A DNA stretch of 37,141 bases from a virus (taxonomy: Duplodnaviria; Caudoviricetes), in IMG/VR virus record IMGVR_UViG_3300020045_011693, positions 1 through 37,141 of that record. One strand, given 5' to 3'. This document shows, piece after piece, positions 34,685 through 37,141 of this stretch. The translations under genes were made by a program, and so were the position numbers. Within the stretch, counting starts at the first letter, position 1. Every line of letters begins with the position of its first letter. Below the pieces are notes generated by a model. It saw only the letters and a program-made list of their open reading frames with translations, was not told the origin of the DNA and searched no databases.

Positions 34685-37141
34685 TTTGCTGGTACGGTTT
34701 GCGGCAGACACAGATAATCTGGATCGTGGCTTTGCCAGTGCAAACCAACAGATCGATGGATTTTCCCAACGCAGCCGGGGCGCCTTTGGCACTCTGCAAT
34801 CACTGGGTGGCGTAGCCCTGGGTGGGGTGGTGACTGGTTTGGCCGCGCTGGGTGGCGGCTTTATCGCGACTGCGGCCAGCGGGCTGTCGATGAATGAACA
34901 GATCGAGACTGTCACTGCGCAACTGAATGCCTTTACCAAGGATGGGGCGAAGTCGGCGGAGATCCTCGACATGATTCGAGAACGGGCCGCCAAGACGCCC
35001 TTTGAATTCGACCAAATGGCGGCGGCTGCTGCGGGCTTATTGCCGGCGGCGAAGGCGAGTGGGCAAGGGCTGGAGAGCCTGATCGAGAAGGCTGAGATTT
35101 TGGCTGCATCGAATCCGGCTGAGGGTTTGGAGGGTGCAGCATTTGCGCTGCGTGAGGCGGTGAGCGGTGATTTCACCTCCATCATCGAGCGCTTTAACCT
35201 TCCTCGACAGTACATCAATCAACTGAAAGCCGAGGGTGTGCCAGCGCTGGAGATTGTCAGCCGGGCGATGCAGGAGATGGGATTTGACACGGATCTGGTG
35301 TCAAATCTGGCGGAAACCGCTACGGGGCGCTGGAGCACGCTGAAGGACACCTTTACGAATTTTGCGGCGACGATTACGCAGCCGATCTTTGACCGCTTTT
35401 CGAGTGGTCTGGGAGGATTGAATACCTGGCTGGCGGCAAATGAGCCGTTGTTGAACCAGGTGGCGACGACCATCGGCACGGCGCTGAACGGTGCGATTGA
35501 TGGGCTGATCGGCATATTGCCCTCTGCGGATGTGTTGCTAGCTGGGTTGACGAATGGTGTGTTGGCGTTGATCGCTGGCGTCGGGGATTTGGTAACGTGG
35601 TTTTCTTCGCTGGTTGCGACCATGCGACCGGTTTTCTCGTTTGTTTCTTCTCTTCTTTCTCCTCTGGTGAGTCTTATCTCTCGCTTTGTCTCGTGGAAGG
35701 ATGTGCTGATCACGCTTGGGGTGGCGATTGCGGCGGTGGTTGTGCCTGCGATCGTTGCGTTTGTGGCGGCGTGGGCACCGGTGATCGGGACGATTGCGCT
35801 TGTGATCGGGGCGGTGTCGTTGCTGCGCAATGCGTGGGAGAGTGATTTCCTGGGGATTCAGACGGTTGTGACTTCGGCGGTGTCGGCGCTGGTTGACACC
35901 TTTGGCCCTTACATTTCTGCGGTGGGTACGGCGATCGAGGCGGTGAGTCATTTCATCCGCACTGGGGAGTTGCTGAGTGCGGTGGAGTTTGGGGCGAGCG
36001 AGAGTGTGGCAGCGCTGGCAGATCGCTTCTCGGAGTTTGGTGCAGATGTCTACGATGCGGTATCGTCGGTAGTCAGTACGTTTGCCCCCTTTGTCTCTGC
36101 TGTACAGTCGGCAATTCAGGTGGTGAGTCACTATATTCGCACGGGTGAACTGCTGAGTGCGGTTGAGTTCGGTGTGGGTGAAAGCGTGGCGGCCTTGGCA
36201 GATCGGTTCGCTGAGTTTGGTGCGGATGTCTACGATGCGCTCTCGTCGATGTGGTCTGGGGTACAACCGGTACTGAGTGCGCTGTGGGAGTGGCTGAGTA
36301 CAAACATCCCATCTGCGATAGATAACGTTTTATTATCAGTCGGAAATTTCATCCAGACGCTGGGGGTTTTGGGTGATTATTTTCGGGCAGTGGTCGAGGA
36401 TGGGGATTATCTCAATGACTGGTTGACGCATCTTCCGGGCTGGATGCAGGGTCCGGTGGAGTGGGTTGGGCGGTTGACCTCCGGGTTGATGGATCTGGCG
36501 GCGGGGGCTGACCTGGCGTCGCTGCGGACTAACTTGATCGGGTCACTGGGGGATATTGGCACAGCGGTGCGTGAGTTTTTTAGCGGCGACATCTCGCTGG
36601 GCGGGTTGGCCAGTGCGATGTACCAAGGGCTTGCGGACATCGGCGCGGCGCTCTCTGGGTTTTTCGGGGGAGGAGACTGGGGGCAATTTCTAGAGACGAT
36701 CCAGTGGAGCGAATTTGTGCAGGTGCTGACCTGGGAAAATTTCGTCAGTGTGTTGGACTGGGCGGGTAACGTTGCGTCGCTGGCGTGGTCGGACTATATC
36801 GCTCCTTTCCTGTGGGATGCGTGGTTGACTGTGGTGGACTGGGCCACCTACATCGCTCCGATTGCCTGGGATGGCTTCATCACTGCGCTGGACTGGGCTA
36901 CGAACATTGCGTCGCTGGCGTGGTCTGACTACATCGCTCCCTTCCTGTGGGATGCGTGGTTGACTGCGGTGGACTGGGCAACCTACATCGCTCCGATTGC
37001 CTGGGATGGCTTCATCTCTGCGCTCGACTGGGCGGGTAACGTTGCGTCGCTGGCGTGGTCTGACTACATCGCTCCCTTCCTGTGGGATGCGTGGTTGACT
37101 GCGGTGGACTGGGCAACCTACATCGCTCCGATTGCCTGGGA
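34665..37141 (+). CDS. Tape measure protein, N-terminal part (runs through the circular junction)
   Basis: MSITVADLLVRFAADT start; tape-measure motifs (AAKTPFEF, GRWSTLKD); Ala/Gly-rich; absent from the ORF track because no stop occurs before the window end. Confidence 0.92.
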   Translation, partial: MSITVADLLVRFAADTDNLDRGFASANQQIDGFSQRSRGAFGTLQSLGGVALGGVVTGLAALGGGFIATAASGLSMNEQIETVTAQLNAFTKDGAKSAEILDMIRERAAKTPFEFDQMAAAAAGLLPAAKASGQGLESLIEKAEILAASNPAEGLEGAAFALREAVSGDFTSIIERFNLPRQYINQLKAEGVPALEIVSRAMQEMGFDTDLVSNLAETATGRWSTLKDTFTNFAATITQPIFDRFSSGLGGLNTWLAANEPLLNQVATTIGTALNGAIDGLIGILPSADVLLAGLTNGVLALIAGVGDLVTWFSSLVATMRPVFSFVSSLLSPLVSLISRFVSWKDVLITLGVAIAAVVVPAIVAFVAAWAPVIGTIALVIGAVSLLRNAWESDFLGIQTVVTSAVSALVDTFGPYISAVGTAIEAVSHFIRTGELLSAVEFGASESVAALADRFSEFGADVYDAVSSVVSTFAPFVSAVQSAIQVVSHYIRTGELLSAVEFGVGESVAALADRFAEFGADVYDALSSMWSGVQPVLSALWEWLSTNIPSAIDNVLLSVGNFIQTLGVLGDYFRAVVEDGDYLNDWLTHLPGWMQGPVEWVGRLTSGLMDLAAGADLASLRTNLIGSLGDIGTAVREFFSGDISLGGLASAMYQGLADIGAALSGFFGGGDWGQFLETIQWSEFVQVLTWENFVSVLDWAGNVASLAWSDYIAPFLWDAWLTVVDWATYIAPIAWDGFITALDWATNIASLAWSDYIAPFLWDAWLTAVDWATYIAPIAWDGFISALDWAGNVASLAWSDYIAPFLWDAWLTAVDWATYIAPIAW
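35881..36240 (+). repeat. Two diverged 180-bp (60-aa) tandem units in TMP
   Basis: GGTGAGTCA, GCTGAGTGCGGT and GATGTCTACGATGCG recur at a 180-bp offset. Confidence 0.8.
36315..36343. repeat. 29-bp site copy 12, inside TMP (GCGATAGATAA cgtttta TTATCAGTCGG)
   Basis: Read directly; encodes AIDNVLLSVG. Confidence 0.9.
36756..37141 (+). repeat. 135-bp (45-aa) tandem repeat, about 3 units, in TMP
   Basis: GACTGGGC starts units at 36756, 36891 and 37026. Confidence 0.9.
37021..37141. repeat. Terminal direct repeat, right copy
   Basis: Identical to 1-121. Confidence 0.95.

Noticed and set aside
1336-36343. 29-bp repeats as a CRISPR array
   Set aside because: Copies are kilobases apart, the variable part is an internal 7-mer, and no cas genes are visible.
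35219-36640. Long minus-strand ORFs over the TMP region (and similar ones opposite other structural genes)
   Set aside because: They are antisense shadows of GC-rich coding sequence with no RBS or protein-like features.
35881-37141. TMP repeats as a diversity-generating retroelement TR/VR pair
   Set aside because: No reverse transcriptase is present, the differences are not adenine-specific, and the repeats are in-frame tandem units.

Overview
The window is an apparently complete, circularly assembled temperate siphophage genome of about 37,020 bp. Bases 1-121 are identical to 37021-37141, and the junction falls inside a tandem repeat of the tape-measure gene. The host is not shown directly; the REP-like hairpins and the secreted PT-linker protein are suggestive of Chloroflexota, which is inference only. 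Layout: a rightward late arm (CHAT-like protein, terminases, portal, gpF-like protein, scaffold, DUF2190-like protein, capsid, head-tail and tail genes, TMP, tail tip) and a leftward early arm (RHH protein, tyrosine recombinase, primase-helicase with an iteron origin, an Eco1/ESCO-like acetyltransferase, a run of small membrane proteins). An XRE repressor and a second tyrosine recombinase sit at the switch region, and a tRNA(CAT) plus a RelE-type TA pair interrupt the head genes. The most striking unexplained signal is a 29-bp site, CCGACTGATAA-N7-TTATCnnYCGn, present as 12 full copies plus 3 variants. Every full copy has one invariant arm, a second arm that is degenerate in 11 of 12 copies, and a different 7-bp spacer. 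The copies almost perfectly alternate in orientation, never leave a gap above about 4.2 kb, and are written into coding sequence in three genes. Together with two Xer-type recombinases, this suggests an undescribed dif/pdif-like genome-segmentation or module-shuffling system; a repressor (stoperator-like) or SMC-related role is the main alternative.
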